Part shown: in pieces, positions 47,007-55,403 of the stretch
Numbering within the stretch: the first letter of the stretch is position 1
Layout of the letters: each line of letters opens with the position of its first letter
NCBI GenBank assembly: GCA_964362665.1
Contig: CAYIFB010000001.1
Location: 48,308 to 112,307 of the forward strand
Source of the DNA: an uncultured Gammaproteobacteria bacterium
Lineage (GTDB): Bacteria > Patescibacteriota > Microgenomatia > 2-02-FULL-39-11
Direction of reading: 5' to 3'
Length of the DNA: 64,000 nucleotides
Program-made: the position numbers and the translations under genes
Notes under the pieces: generated by a model
The model's input: the letters and a program-made list of their open reading frames with translations, nothing else
Databases searched by the model: none
Told to the model about the DNA's origin: nothing

Positions 47007-48035
47007 ATGAGTAATATTTTAATTGGATTGGATATAGGGTCCAGTTCCATCAAAGCTACCCAAATTTCCAGAGATAAAAATACATCTATGCTGCTAGCGG
47101 CAGGTTATATTGCAACCCCTGTCCGTGATGTTTCAAGCATGAGTGAGCATGATGAACAGGATTTGGCCAACAGCATTAACCACCTGGTTCATGACATGAA
47201 AGTTTCAAATATAAACGTGTCAGCCTCCCTACCCTCCTCAAAAGTTATTACCCGGATCGTTGAGATGCCCGCTATGAATGATAAAGAGCTTGCATCGAGC
47301 ATTCAATGGGAGGCCGAGCAATATATTCCATTTCCATTGACTAAAGTGAAGCTTGATTATGCAGTGGTAAGTTCAAACTTAGAAACACAAAAGATGAATG
47401 TTCTTTTGGTTGCGGCTCCATTGAGTTTGATTGAATCATATATGCGTATCATTACTTTGTCCGGTTTAAATCCTGTTGCTTTAGAGACGGAAATTATGGC
47501 TATAGGAAGAAGTGTCAGTTTCAGTTTGCCGAGCGTTTCTGATGTTTTGATAGTATCAATAGGAGCAAATTCCACAGATATTGCCCTCATGCATGATCAA
47601 ATATTAGGTTATACCAAATCTTATCCGATTGGCGGAAACAATATGACTAGGGCGATTTCCGAGGAATTAGGATTTGAGATTGCCCAGGCAGAAGAATATA
47701 AAAAAACGTACGGCCTGGAGGAAGATAAACTGGAGGGAAAAATCGCAAAAATTATCTCGCCTTACATCAATAATTTGATTGAAGAAATGGAGAAAACAGT
47801 TGCCTTTGCCAAAAAAACATATGTGAAAGCAGAAATTTCCACCGTGATGATTACGGGTGCAGCTTCTAAACTGCCCGGATTGGTAATGTCGATCACTAAA
47901 AATTTAGGACTTGATTCCCAGTTAAGCAACCCGTTTATCAATCTAAATGTTGATCCGAAAATTCTTCCCAGACTGACAGAAGATGCGCCGATTTACACGA
48001 CATCAATAGGTTTGGCTTTAAAAGAAATAAGTTAA
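47007..48035 (+). CDS. pilM: Type IV pilus assembly ATPase-fold protein PilM
   Basis: ILIGLDIGSSSIKATQIS actin-like N-terminus. Size and position before pilN/pilO-like genes. Confidence 0.8.
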   Translation: MSNILIGLDIGSSSIKATQISRDKNTSMLLAAGYIATPVRDVSSMSEHDEQDLANSINHLVHDMKVSNINVSASLPSSKVITRIVEMPAMNDKELASSIQWEAEQYIPFPLTKVKLDYAVVSSNLETQKMNVLLVAAPLSLIESYMRIITLSGLNPVALETEIMAIGRSVSFSLPSVSDVLIVSIGANSTDIALMHDQILGYTKSYPIGGNNMTRAISEELGFEIAQAEEYKKTYGLEEDKLEGKIAKIISPYINNLIEEMEKTVAFAKKTYVKAEISTVMITGAASKLPGLVMSITKNLGLDSQLSNPFINLNVDPKILPRLTEDAPIYTTSIGLALKEIS

Positions 48036-48039
48036 AATT

Positions 48040-48612
48040 ATGGTCAAGAAAAATATAAATTTGCTGATTGAAAAAGAGTTGGATTCAGCTCTGGTTGCAA
48101 AATTAAAATTTTTTCTGCCGATCACTGCAGCTATTTCGTTTATTCTCTTTATCATTCTATTTGTTATTTCGATTTCTTATACTAAGTCAAATCTGGCCCA
48201 ATATAACGTACTAAATGCTGAAGTAAACCGATTGGAAAGTAAAATTGATGAAAAGAAAAATCTGGAAGGAGTATATACGCTAAGTTATATTATTTTAAAA
48301 ACGATAAGTGAAGTTCTCAATAATAAAGTTAGTTTCATGCCGATCTTTAATGAAGTAGTGAAAGTAAATTCCGATCATCTATCCGTAATGCAAGCTTCCT
48401 CTGATGAAAAAGGTAAAGTGAACATGGCTTTAACCGCATCATCATCAGCTGACCTGAACGATTTGGTCTCTTTTTTGCACGAGAAGGAAGATAAGGATAA
48501 AATTTTTTCCAATATGATAGCTAACGGCATTGTCAAGAATAAAAAGGGCGGATACGAATTATCTGTATCATTAAAAGCGGATGATTCACTTTACCATGAA
48601 AAAACCAATTAA
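48040..48612 (+). CDS. pilN: PilN-like bitopic pilus assembly protein
   Basis: Short cytoplasmic N-terminus, one TM (LPITAAISFILFIILFVISI), then a coiled-coil periplasmic region. Gene order pilM-N-O. Confidence 0.55.
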   Translation: MVKKNINLLIEKELDSALVAKLKFFLPITAAISFILFIILFVISISYTKSNLAQYNVLNAEVNRLESKIDEKKNLEGVYTLSYIILKTISEVLNNKVSFMPIFNEVVKVNSDHLSVMQASSDEKGKVNMALTASSSADLNDLVSFLHEKEDKDKIFSNMIANGIVKNKKGGYELSVSLKADDSLYHEKTN

Positions 48613-49327
48613 TTATTATTTATACAAATTAAAAAAATATGAAATAGTTGGAGCGTCGGCATTTGTTATTCTGGTGATTTTAGGCTTGTCAATTACCTTT
48701 TTATTGCCAAATTTCCGTAAAGCGCAGGAAATATATTATCAACAAAGGGAGCTACGGACACGATTGACAGTTCTTCGGAAAAAAGATGAATTATTGTCTG
48801 CGATCGATGGTAAGGTTTATCAGGACAATATAAATAAATTGACAAGCATCTTACCGGGATCTAAAGATTATGTTTCTTTGTTTAATACTTTTGATAATCT
48901 GCAGCTAAAAAGCGGGGTGACGATCTTAAAAACAGATTTGCAGTTCGGTACCATATCTACCGCATCAGGTAATCTAAAAAAAGATAAAACATCCTCAGCC
49001 TATCTCATACCTATAAAAATGGACATTATTGGAGATTTTGATCAAATAAATGCCTTCATCAATTCTCTGACAGATCTTTCAGGACGCATGATCACAATGA
49101 ATAAAATTTCATGGGGAACTAGCGTGGAAGGATTATATACCGTTTCTTTAGAAGGTAATAGTTATTTTTATCCGTTGCCTTCAAAGATAGGCGGAGTTGA
49201 TTCGCCGCTCAAAGAGACAAATGAAAAAGATCAAAAGATTCTTGATAAAGTTGCCAGCATTCCTTTCCAAATAGAGGAAGAAAACAACAGTTCTTTGCCT
49301 ATGGGTAAACAAAATTTATTCAATTAA
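48581..49327 (+). CDS. pilO: PilO-like bitopic pilus assembly protein
   Basis: One TM (VGASAFVILVILGLSITFLL) followed by coiled-coil/ferredoxin-like region. Synteny. Confidence 0.5.
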   Translation: MIHFTMKKPINYYLYKLKKYEIVGASAFVILVILGLSITFLLPNFRKAQEIYYQQRELRTRLTVLRKKDELLSAIDGKVYQDNINKLTSILPGSKDYVSLFNTFDNLQLKSGVTILKTDLQFGTISTASGNLKKDKTSSAYLIPIKMDIIGDFDQINAFINSLTDLSGRMITMNKISWGTSVEGLYTVSLEGNSYFYPLPSKIGGVDSPLKETNEKDQKILDKVASIPFQIEEENNSSLPMGKQNLFN

Positions 49328-49998
49328 GGCTTTTTTGCGTATTTTTTGGAATGACTTTTTCTCCAGCTCGTTATTTCCAGATGATTGCCTGACATTAGGA
49401 CTGACGGAACTTTATACTTATTATACACCGGTGGCCGGGTATATTGGGGTGCCTCTAATGAATTCTTATAGGAAAATGATTCGTTAAGAAGTGAGTCTTT
49501 ATTTAATACCCCGTCTACCAGACGGCACACAGCATCGCAAACGACCATAGCTGGTATTTCTCCTCCGGTTAAGATATACCTCCCTATTGAAACGGATTCA
49601 TCAATAAAATTTTTAATACGCTCATCAAATCCTTCGTAATGTCCGCAAACAAGTATAAGATGGTCAAGCAGACTGTATTTCTGGGCTAGAGGTTGTGAAA
49701 ATTGCTGACCTTTAGGATCAAGTAACACTACTTTTTCTTTGATGGATTTATTTTTATTTTTTAAGCTAACTGCAAGAATAGCTTTATGTAAAACATCTAC
49801 TTTCATGAGCATTCCCGCTCCTCCGCCGTAAGGCTTGTCATCTACTGATTTATGAGGATCAGTTGCGAAATTTCTTATATCTATAATTTGCAGATTAATT
49901 AATTTTTTTTGACGAGCGCGTCCCAATATGGATGAGTCAAATACAGGATGAAAAAAAGTGGGGAATAATGTCAATATGGTTATTTTCACGAAAATCAA
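49324..49998 (-). CDS. trmD: tRNA (guanine37-N1)-methyltransferase
   Basis: YGGGAGMLMKVDVL and ILVCGHYEGFDERI (SPOUT knot motifs). Confidence 0.85.
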   Translation of the reverse strand: MIFVKITILTLFPTFFHPVFDSSILGRARQKKLINLQIIDIRNFATDPHKSVDDKPYGGGAGMLMKVDVLHKAILAVSLKNKNKSIKEKVVLLDPKGQQFSQPLAQKYSLLDHLILVCGHYEGFDERIKNFIDESVSIGRYILTGGEIPAMVVCDAVCRLVDGVLNKDSLLNESFSYKNSLEAPQYTRPPVYNKYKVPSVLMSGNHLEITSWRKSHSKKYAKKP

Positions 49999-50225
49999 CC
50001 GACGTCTATGCGGATCTGCTTATTATTTTTTATAGCCCAGATTTTGGAGATATTTCTGATAGCTTGTATGATTTTGCCCTGTTTACCGATGATTTTGCCG
50101 ATGTCGTCCTTATCAGCCGAAATGATGTACTGAATATTTAGATCATCAATTTTTGTTTCCGTAACTTTCAAATCTTCTGGCTTCTGGACGATTAAAGAAA
50201 TTATATATTCAAGTATTTGTTTCAT
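49995..50225 (-). CDS. KH-domain RNA-binding protein (YlqC/UPF0109-like)
   Basis: IGKIIGKQGKIIQAIRNI GXXG KH motif. Conserved position between rpsP and trmD. Confidence 0.7.
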   Translation of the reverse strand: MKQILEYIISLIVQKPEDLKVTETKIDDLNIQYIISADKDDIGKIIGKQGKIIQAIRNISKIWAIKNNKQIRIDVG

Positions 50226-50452
50226 TTTATCAGCAATTTCCTGACAGACTGCGTCATTTGGGCACCATTTTTAATCCATTTTTCGAGGCCTTCCCTGTTA
50301 ACTTCAAGTGAGACAGGTTTAGACAAAGGATCATAATAACCTAAATTTTCCAAAACTTTACCGGATCTTTTGGTTTGTTGATCGGCAGCTATGATCCGAT
50401 AAAACGGTCTTGATTTTCTACCCAGCCTGGTTAATTTAATTTTTACCGACAT
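50222..50452 (-). CDS. rpsP: 30S ribosomal protein S16
   Basis: MSVKIKLTRLGRKSRPFYRIIAAD…GYYDP is nearly canonical S16. Confidence 0.9.
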   Translation of the reverse strand: MSVKIKLTRLGRKSRPFYRIIAADQQTKRSGKVLENLGYYDPLSKPVSLEVNREGLEKWIKNGAQMTQSVRKLLIK

Positions 50453-50467
50453 ATTGATTGCATTATA

Positions 50468-51172
50468 TTATTTTTTGTTCCAATTCTCAAGTGCATTGGT
50501 GGCAGCTGACTGTTCAGCCTCCTGTTTATTTCGGCCAACACCCGTGCCCCAAAGCTTCGAGTTGACATATACTCCCACCGTAAACTCTTTCGCATGGTCA
50601 GGTCCCGTTTCCTTCATTACCTGATAGAGGGGTGAATTTTTGGTGGTTTCCTGGACGATTTCCTGATAAGTACTTTTGGCATCTTTATAAGATTTATCCT
50701 TAATAATCATGGGTACCATGGGAAAAATAAGTTTTTCAATAATTACTTTAGTAGTTTTAAGACCTAAATCCAGAAAAATTGCCCCGATTAATGCTTCGAA
50801 AGTGTCAGCTAAAAGTGATGAGTTTTTTCTGCCTCCGCTTTCCTCCTCACCTTTTGACAGCTTTAGGTAAGTTCCGAGATTTAGATTTTGGGCAATTTTG
50901 GCAAGTGTCGTAGTCTTGACGAGTGATGAGCGCAGGTTGGTTAAATATCCTTCGCTGAATTTCGGATAAGTATTAAAAAGAAAATCGGAGACAATAAAAG
51001 ACAATACGGTATCTCCTAAAAATTCAAGTCGTTCGTTAGATTCTATTTTATTTTTAGTTTCATTCAAATAGGAACGGTGATTGAACGCTCGAATTAAGAG
51101 TTCTTCATGGGCAAATTTAATATTTAGCTGATTTAAAAGGTCACTGTATTTTCCCATATCAAATTTCATCAC
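50468..51172 (-). CDS. rnc: Ribonuclease III
   Basis: ERLEFLGDTVL RNase III signature. C-terminal dsRBD (…GPDHAKEFTVGVYVN…GVGRNKQEAEQSAA). Confidence 0.9.
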   Translation of the reverse strand: MMKFDMGKYSDLLNQLNIKFAHEELLIRAFNHRSYLNETKNKIESNERLEFLGDTVLSFIVSDFLFNTYPKFSEGYLTNLRSSLVKTTTLAKIAQNLNLGTYLKLSKGEEESGGRKNSSLLADTFEALIGAIFLDLGLKTTKVIIEKLIFPMVPMIIKDKSYKDAKSTYQEIVQETTKNSPLYQVMKETGPDHAKEFTVGVYVNSKLWGTGVGRNKQEAEQSAATNALENWNKK

Positions 51173-51479
51173 TGTATTGTTCGATAAATACTATTAGATC
51201 ACTGACAGTCGTAATGTGTTGTATATCGATATCATCAGGCAGTTGAAAATTATATTCTTTGGAAAGCATAGATAAAGCATCAATCACTTCGATATTGGTT
51301 AAATTAAGATCTTCAGATAAACTGGAATCCGAATTTATTATTTCAGGGTTTACCCCGAATTCATCTGACAATATTTTTTTGATTACCGCAAAATTATCAT
51401 GCATAATATTTTTTAAGAAGATCTCCCAATACTCCGTTGATGAATAACGGACTTGCATCTCCGCCAAAGGTTTTGGCAA
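51159..51479 (-). CDS. Acyl-carrier-protein-like small protein lacking the phosphopantetheinyl serine. The probable start is the internal ATG at 51404.
   Basis: Aligns by eye along its full length with ACP. …VIKKILSDEFGVNPEIINSDSSLSEDLNLTNIEVIDALSMLSKEYNFQLPDD…ITTV…I.FI aligns with ACP …[51 protein letters not shown]…ITTVQAAIDYI. The DSL Ser aligns with Asn. It sits in the ancestral acpP position upstream of rnc. Confidence 0.45.
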   Translation of the reverse strand: MPKPLAEMQVRYSSTEYWEIFLKNIMHDNFAVIKKILSDEFGVNPEIINSDSSLSEDLNLTNIEVIDALSMLSKEYNFQLPDDIDIQHITTVSDLIVFIEQYSDEI

Positions 51480-51762
51480 GTTCTACAGCTTCGTCTATGA
51501 TAACTTTAACAGGCTCACGCCTTTCAATCAAGAGTTCATATGCTGATAAACGGAGAATTGCCAGATCTATTTTAGCTATTTTATCTATGGGAAATTGTTT
51601 TGCAGACTCTCGTATATACTCGTCAATCTTCTCTAAATTTTTTTGTATTGATAATAAATCCTTATTACGTGGTATGTCAGATTTTGAAGAAAAACTTACT
51701 GCAAAAAGCGCTTTTACCAAATTGATTCGTTTTAGGTGCCTGGGATCGCTGGCGTTTTTCAT
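51397..51762 (-). CDS. nusB: Transcription antitermination factor NusB
   Basis: …RINLVKALFAVSF… and …IDLAILRLSAYELLIERREPVKVIIDEAVELAKTFGGDASPLFINGVLGDL match NusB conserved blocks. Confidence 0.8.
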   Translation of the reverse strand: MKNASDPRHLKRINLVKALFAVSFSSKSDIPRNKDLLSIQKNLEKIDEYIRESAKQFPIDKIAKIDLAILRLSAYELLIERREPVKVIIDEAVELAKTFGGDASPLFINGVLGDLLKKYYA

Positions 51763-51917
51763 TTATAAAATCCGCATTTAGGGCATATTCTGTGGGGTAG
51801 CTTGAGAGTCTTACATTTAGGACACTTATTTGGCTTGGTTAAAGTCACCTTTATATTTTCGTTCTCTCTCTTGCCTGATCTTCTTGTAGAATGCCTTCTT
51901 TTGGGTAGTGGTGCCAT
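51759..51917 (-). CDS. rpmF: 50S ribosomal protein L32 (52 aa, below the ORF-track size cutoff)
   Basis: Manual translation of the minus strand gives MAPLPKRRHSTRRSGKRENENIKVTLTKPNKCPKCKTLKLPHRICPKCGFYK*. This has the canonical L32 N-terminus (PKRR.S..R) and zinc-ribbon CPxC…CPxCG. The stop overlaps the nusB ATG (ATGA). Confidence 0.8.
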   Translation of the reverse strand: MAPLPKRRHSTRRSGKRENENIKVTLTKPNKCPKCKTLKLPHRICPKCGFYK

Positions 51918-51939
51918 AAATTATTAATAATTAATATGA

Positions 51940-53988
51940 TTAATCTGCCGGAACATATGATATTTTAGCCTGTCTCAATTTATCCTGCAAGGGGGGAAAA
52001 TTTAAAAGCGTGTTATTAGTAGCCGTCTTCTCGACTGCAGTTTTAGTCAGTTTCAACATATTCAAATCACTAAGATCGGCTATTTTAAACGGTAAAAAAC
52101 CGTGTTGTTTTGTTCCATGAATATTGCCCGGACCTCTCAAACCCAGATCATATTCAGCTAAAACAGGACCTTTATCTGATTTTTCCAAGCGTTTAAGCCG
52201 TTCCATAGATTTTGAATTAGTATTATCCGAGAATAAAAGACAATATGATTGATACTTTCCCCGTCCTACTCGTCCGCGCAGTTGATGAAGCTGGGCAAGT
52301 CCAAATCGGTCAGCAGCTTCAATTAACATCACAACTGCATCGGGAAAATCGATTCCCACCTCCACTATTGGGGTGGCCACGAGAATATGTATTTGTTTTT
52401 TTTGCATAAGAGACATCACTTTTTGACGGTCTTTACTTGAAAGTCTTGAATGTAATAATCCTAATTTCAATTCTGGAAAAATTTCATGTGTTAATCTCTC
52501 GAATTCTTTTTTGACGGCTTTAACTGTCGACAGACTTTCCGACTCTTCGATAAATGGACAGATGATAAATGCCTGCTTTGTAATTTTAAAGCTTTTTGAT
52601 TTCGAAAGAAGTTGTTGCTTCATCCAAAGGTATGCGGAATCTCTTTTAATCTCGGGAACCACCCAGGTCTTTATTTTTTTACGACCAACTGGCATTTCAT
52701 CAATAACTGACAGATCCAGATCTGCATATAATGTGAGAGCTAGTGTTCTAGGGATAGGAGTAGCCGTGAGGCTTAAAAGATGAGGTTTATTTCCTTTAAG
52801 CCGAAGTTTTGTTCTCTGGCTGACACCAAATCTTTGCTGTTCATCAATGACAGCCAATGCCAGGTTATTAATCTCGACTTTTTCTGCAATCAGAGCATGT
52901 GTGCCCACATAAATATCGGCATGATTCGTATCAGGATGATTATCTGACGTTAACAGGGCTATTTTTATGCCATAAGAGCTTAGAATTTTTTTTAAAGTCA
53001 TGAAATGCTGATTGGCCAGTAGTTCAGTAGGAGCCATCAAGGCAGATCTATAACCATTTAAATAAACTGCATACATGGCAATAGCTGCCACCACAGTTTT
53101 ACCCGATCCCACATCTCCTTCCAGAAGTCTGTTCATTGGATGAGAGTTGGATAAATCTGATAAAATTTTATCTGCCGACTTTTCCTGAGAATGAGTCAGG
53201 CTGAAAGGAAGGTTGGTGATGAAATCACTGATTTTTGGAGCAAAATCTTCTTTCTTTATCTGAAACTTTGTAGTTTCTTTAATGTTTTTTAATTTGACTA
53301 ATTTATGATGCATCTGAAATAAAAAAAGCTCATCAAAAGAAAGCCGTCTTCGGGCATCCTCAATATCAGTAGGATTACCAGGGAAATGAATTTTAAAGAG
53401 AGCTGATTTTAAAGAAAGTAATTGATAATCAGATAAAAATTGAAGCGGTAAATAATCTTTGATCTCGCTTAGAAAATTTGTAAGTATTGAATATAATCGT
53501 GACCTGATCCATTTTGAGGAAACACCTTTCGTTTCCGGATAAATTGGGGTTAACCGCCCGGTATGTATTAAAGACTTATTTGATATTACAAGCTCATATT
53601 CAGGCGATTCAAGTATTAATTTGAATCCGTAAGTTGTGGCTTCACCGGCGATGCTGACATTTAGGCCGGTTTTCAATATTTTGGTAAGATATGGCTGATT
53701 GTACCAAACGAGATCAATAGATCCGGTATCATCGCTGAGTACAGCTTTTTGAATTTTTTTACCGGATTTGGTAAAAGAGTTGGTCATTTTAGTAATTTTT
53801 CCAATAACAGTAATCCTCTCCCCGGGTTGAATCAGGTTGATTTTAGTGACGACTGAGTTATTTTCATAGCGGGCCGGAAGGTGATATAAAAGATCCTCGA
53901 TCGTATTTACCGATAATTTATTTAGCTTGAGACTATAAGCGCTGCCTACCATTCTTAAGGAGTCGACGCTTGACGTTAAATGGAGCAT
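51940..53988 (-). CDS. recG: ATP-dependent DNA helicase RecG
   Basis: N-terminal wedge/OB domain. Helicase motifs LLEGDVGSGKTVVAAIAM (Walker A) and VIDEQQRFGV (DEQQ). C-terminal helicase domain. Confidence 0.85.
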   Translation of the reverse strand: MLHLTSSVDSLRMVGSAYSLKLNKLSVNTIEDLLYHLPARYENNSVVTKINLIQPGERITVIGKITKMTNSFTKSGKKIQKAVLSDDTGSIDLVWYNQPYLTKILKTGLNVSIAGEATTYGFKLILESPEYELVISNKSLIHTGRLTPIYPETKGVSSKWIRSRLYSILTNFLSEIKDYLPLQFLSDYQLLSLKSALFKIHFPGNPTDIEDARRRLSFDELFLFQMHHKLVKLKNIKETTKFQIKKEDFAPKISDFITNLPFSLTHSQEKSADKILSDLSNSHPMNRLLEGDVGSGKTVVAAIAMYAVYLNGYRSALMAPTELLANQHFMTLKKILSSYGIKIALLTSDNHPDTNHADIYVGTHALIAEKVEINNLALAVIDEQQRFGVSQRTKLRLKGNKPHLLSLTATPIPRTLALTLYADLDLSVIDEMPVGRKKIKTWVVPEIKRDSAYLWMKQQLLSKSKSFKITKQAFIICPFIEESESLSTVKAVKKEFERLTHEIFPELKLGLLHSRLSSKDRQKVMSLMQKKQIHILVATPIVEVGIDFPDAVVMLIEAADRFGLAQLHQLRGRVGRGKYQSYCLLFSDNTNSKSMERLKRLEKSDKGPVLAEYDLGLRGPGNIHGTKQHGFLPFKIADLSDLNMLKLTKTAVEKTATNNTLLNFPPLQDKLRQAKISYVPAD

Positions 53989-54122
53989 AAATTTATCGTA
54001 AGAAAAACAAGGGAAGAAGCGATGTTGCTATCAAAGAAATGCTTGAGATGATGACGATAACCGTCCAAAGTTTTTTATGTTTTAGAAAAATATTCATATT
54101 AATAATTATTATTTATAAATAT

Positions 54123-55331
54123 TTAATTGATGATTGATAATTTAACAAACCTGTGTTTTCCATATTTCACGATCATTCCATTTTTTGGCGAAATTTTTTG
54201 TTGCGGGTTTAAATATTTTTCTTTGTCCATTTCTACCGCCCCTTCCTGAATTAATCTCTTTGCTTCACTTCTGCTGGCAGTAAATTTCAATAAGATCAAT
54301 AAATCGACGATAGTTATGTCGCTCGTGGCATTTAGGGTTACAGCAGGTATATCTCCTGTTAAGTTCTTATTCTGAAATGTGGCCTCAAAATACTCCTGGG
54401 CTTTTTTGGCATCGCGATCGCTATTTAACATCCCGGTCAGAGTGAAAGCGAGTTGTTTTTTATACTGCATAGGTTTATTTCCGGAGGCAAGATTGTTGCG
54501 GATTTCTTCTACTTCTTCCATCGGAATATCGGTGATATATTCGAAAGATTTGGCAATGACATCATCAGGTAAGCTCATAATCATACCATAAAGATCAGAA
54601 GGCTTTGCGGTTAAGGCAATTACATTGCCTTCAGTTTTTCCGATTTTTTTGCCTGAGGAATCGGTAAGCAGCGGAGTTGTTATAACAAATTTTTCTCTCT
54701 TGATCATTTCCCTTGCCAATTTTCGTCCGGCCAGCATATTAAAAGTTTGATCGGAACCGCCAAGTTCAAGATCTACTTTCATAGCGACAGAATCATACCC
54801 CTGCAGCAATGGATACAGGAATTCTCGGAAATTAATTTCATGGCCGAGTTTTTTTCTTTCCACATACATATCTCTTTCTTCGAGATATTGCAATGAAAAG
54901 TGACCTGCGATATTTAAGATGTCGATGAGATTTAATTTATTCAGCCAGTCGCTGTTGTAGAGAATTTCTGCAGCATTTTCGCCGGTAAATCTGACTATTT
55001 TACCAGCTTGCATCACATAGTCTTTAGCATTATTTTTAAGCTCCTCCACAGTGAGAAACTTTTCCCGGGTTCGCGCCTTTCCTGATGGGTCTCCTGCTTG
55101 TCCGGTACCATCCCCAATCAAAAAAATTACGTTATGGCCTAAATTTTGAAACTGGCGAAGCTTCATAAGTCCTGTCATGTGGCCGATATGAAGTTGTATA
55201 CCGCTGGGATCAAAACCCTGGTAAAGACGAAGTTTTTTCCCCGAGCGTAAAACTTTTTCCAAAGCCTCATAAGTCGGATATATTTTGTCTACGCCTCTGG
55301 TAAGGAGTTCATCAATCTTATCCATACGCAT
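54123..55331 (-). CDS. tyrS: Tyrosine--tRNA ligase
   Basis: YQGFDPSGIQLHIGHM (HIGH-type), KIGKTEGN (KMSKS-type variant), C-terminal S4-like domain. Confidence 0.85.
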   Translation of the reverse strand: MRMDKIDELLTRGVDKIYPTYEALEKVLRSGKKLRLYQGFDPSGIQLHIGHMTGLMKLRQFQNLGHNVIFLIGDGTGQAGDPSGKARTREKFLTVEELKNNAKDYVMQAGKIVRFTGENAAEILYNSDWLNKLNLIDILNIAGHFSLQYLEERDMYVERKKLGHEINFREFLYPLLQGYDSVAMKVDLELGGSDQTFNMLAGRKLAREMIKREKFVITTPLLTDSSGKKIGKTEGNVIALTAKPSDLYGMIMSLPDDVIAKSFEYITDIPMEEVEEIRNNLASGNKPMQYKKQLAFTLTGMLNSDRDAKKAQEYFEATFQNKNLTGDIPAVTLNATSDITIVDLLILLKFTASRSEAKRLIQEGAVEMDKEKYLNPQQKISPKNGMIVKYGKHRFVKLSIIN

Positions 55332-55403
55332 AATATATCATATTTACTGGGTGGACAGCCAGACTGGTTTGCTTGGAATTTTTCTTTTTGTTACACTACG
55401 ATT

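Noticed and set aside
51782-51939. Possible tRNA or small RNA in the recG-nusB intergenic gap
   Set aside because: The region translates cleanly into ribosomal protein L32 on the minus strand. No cloverleaf was evident.
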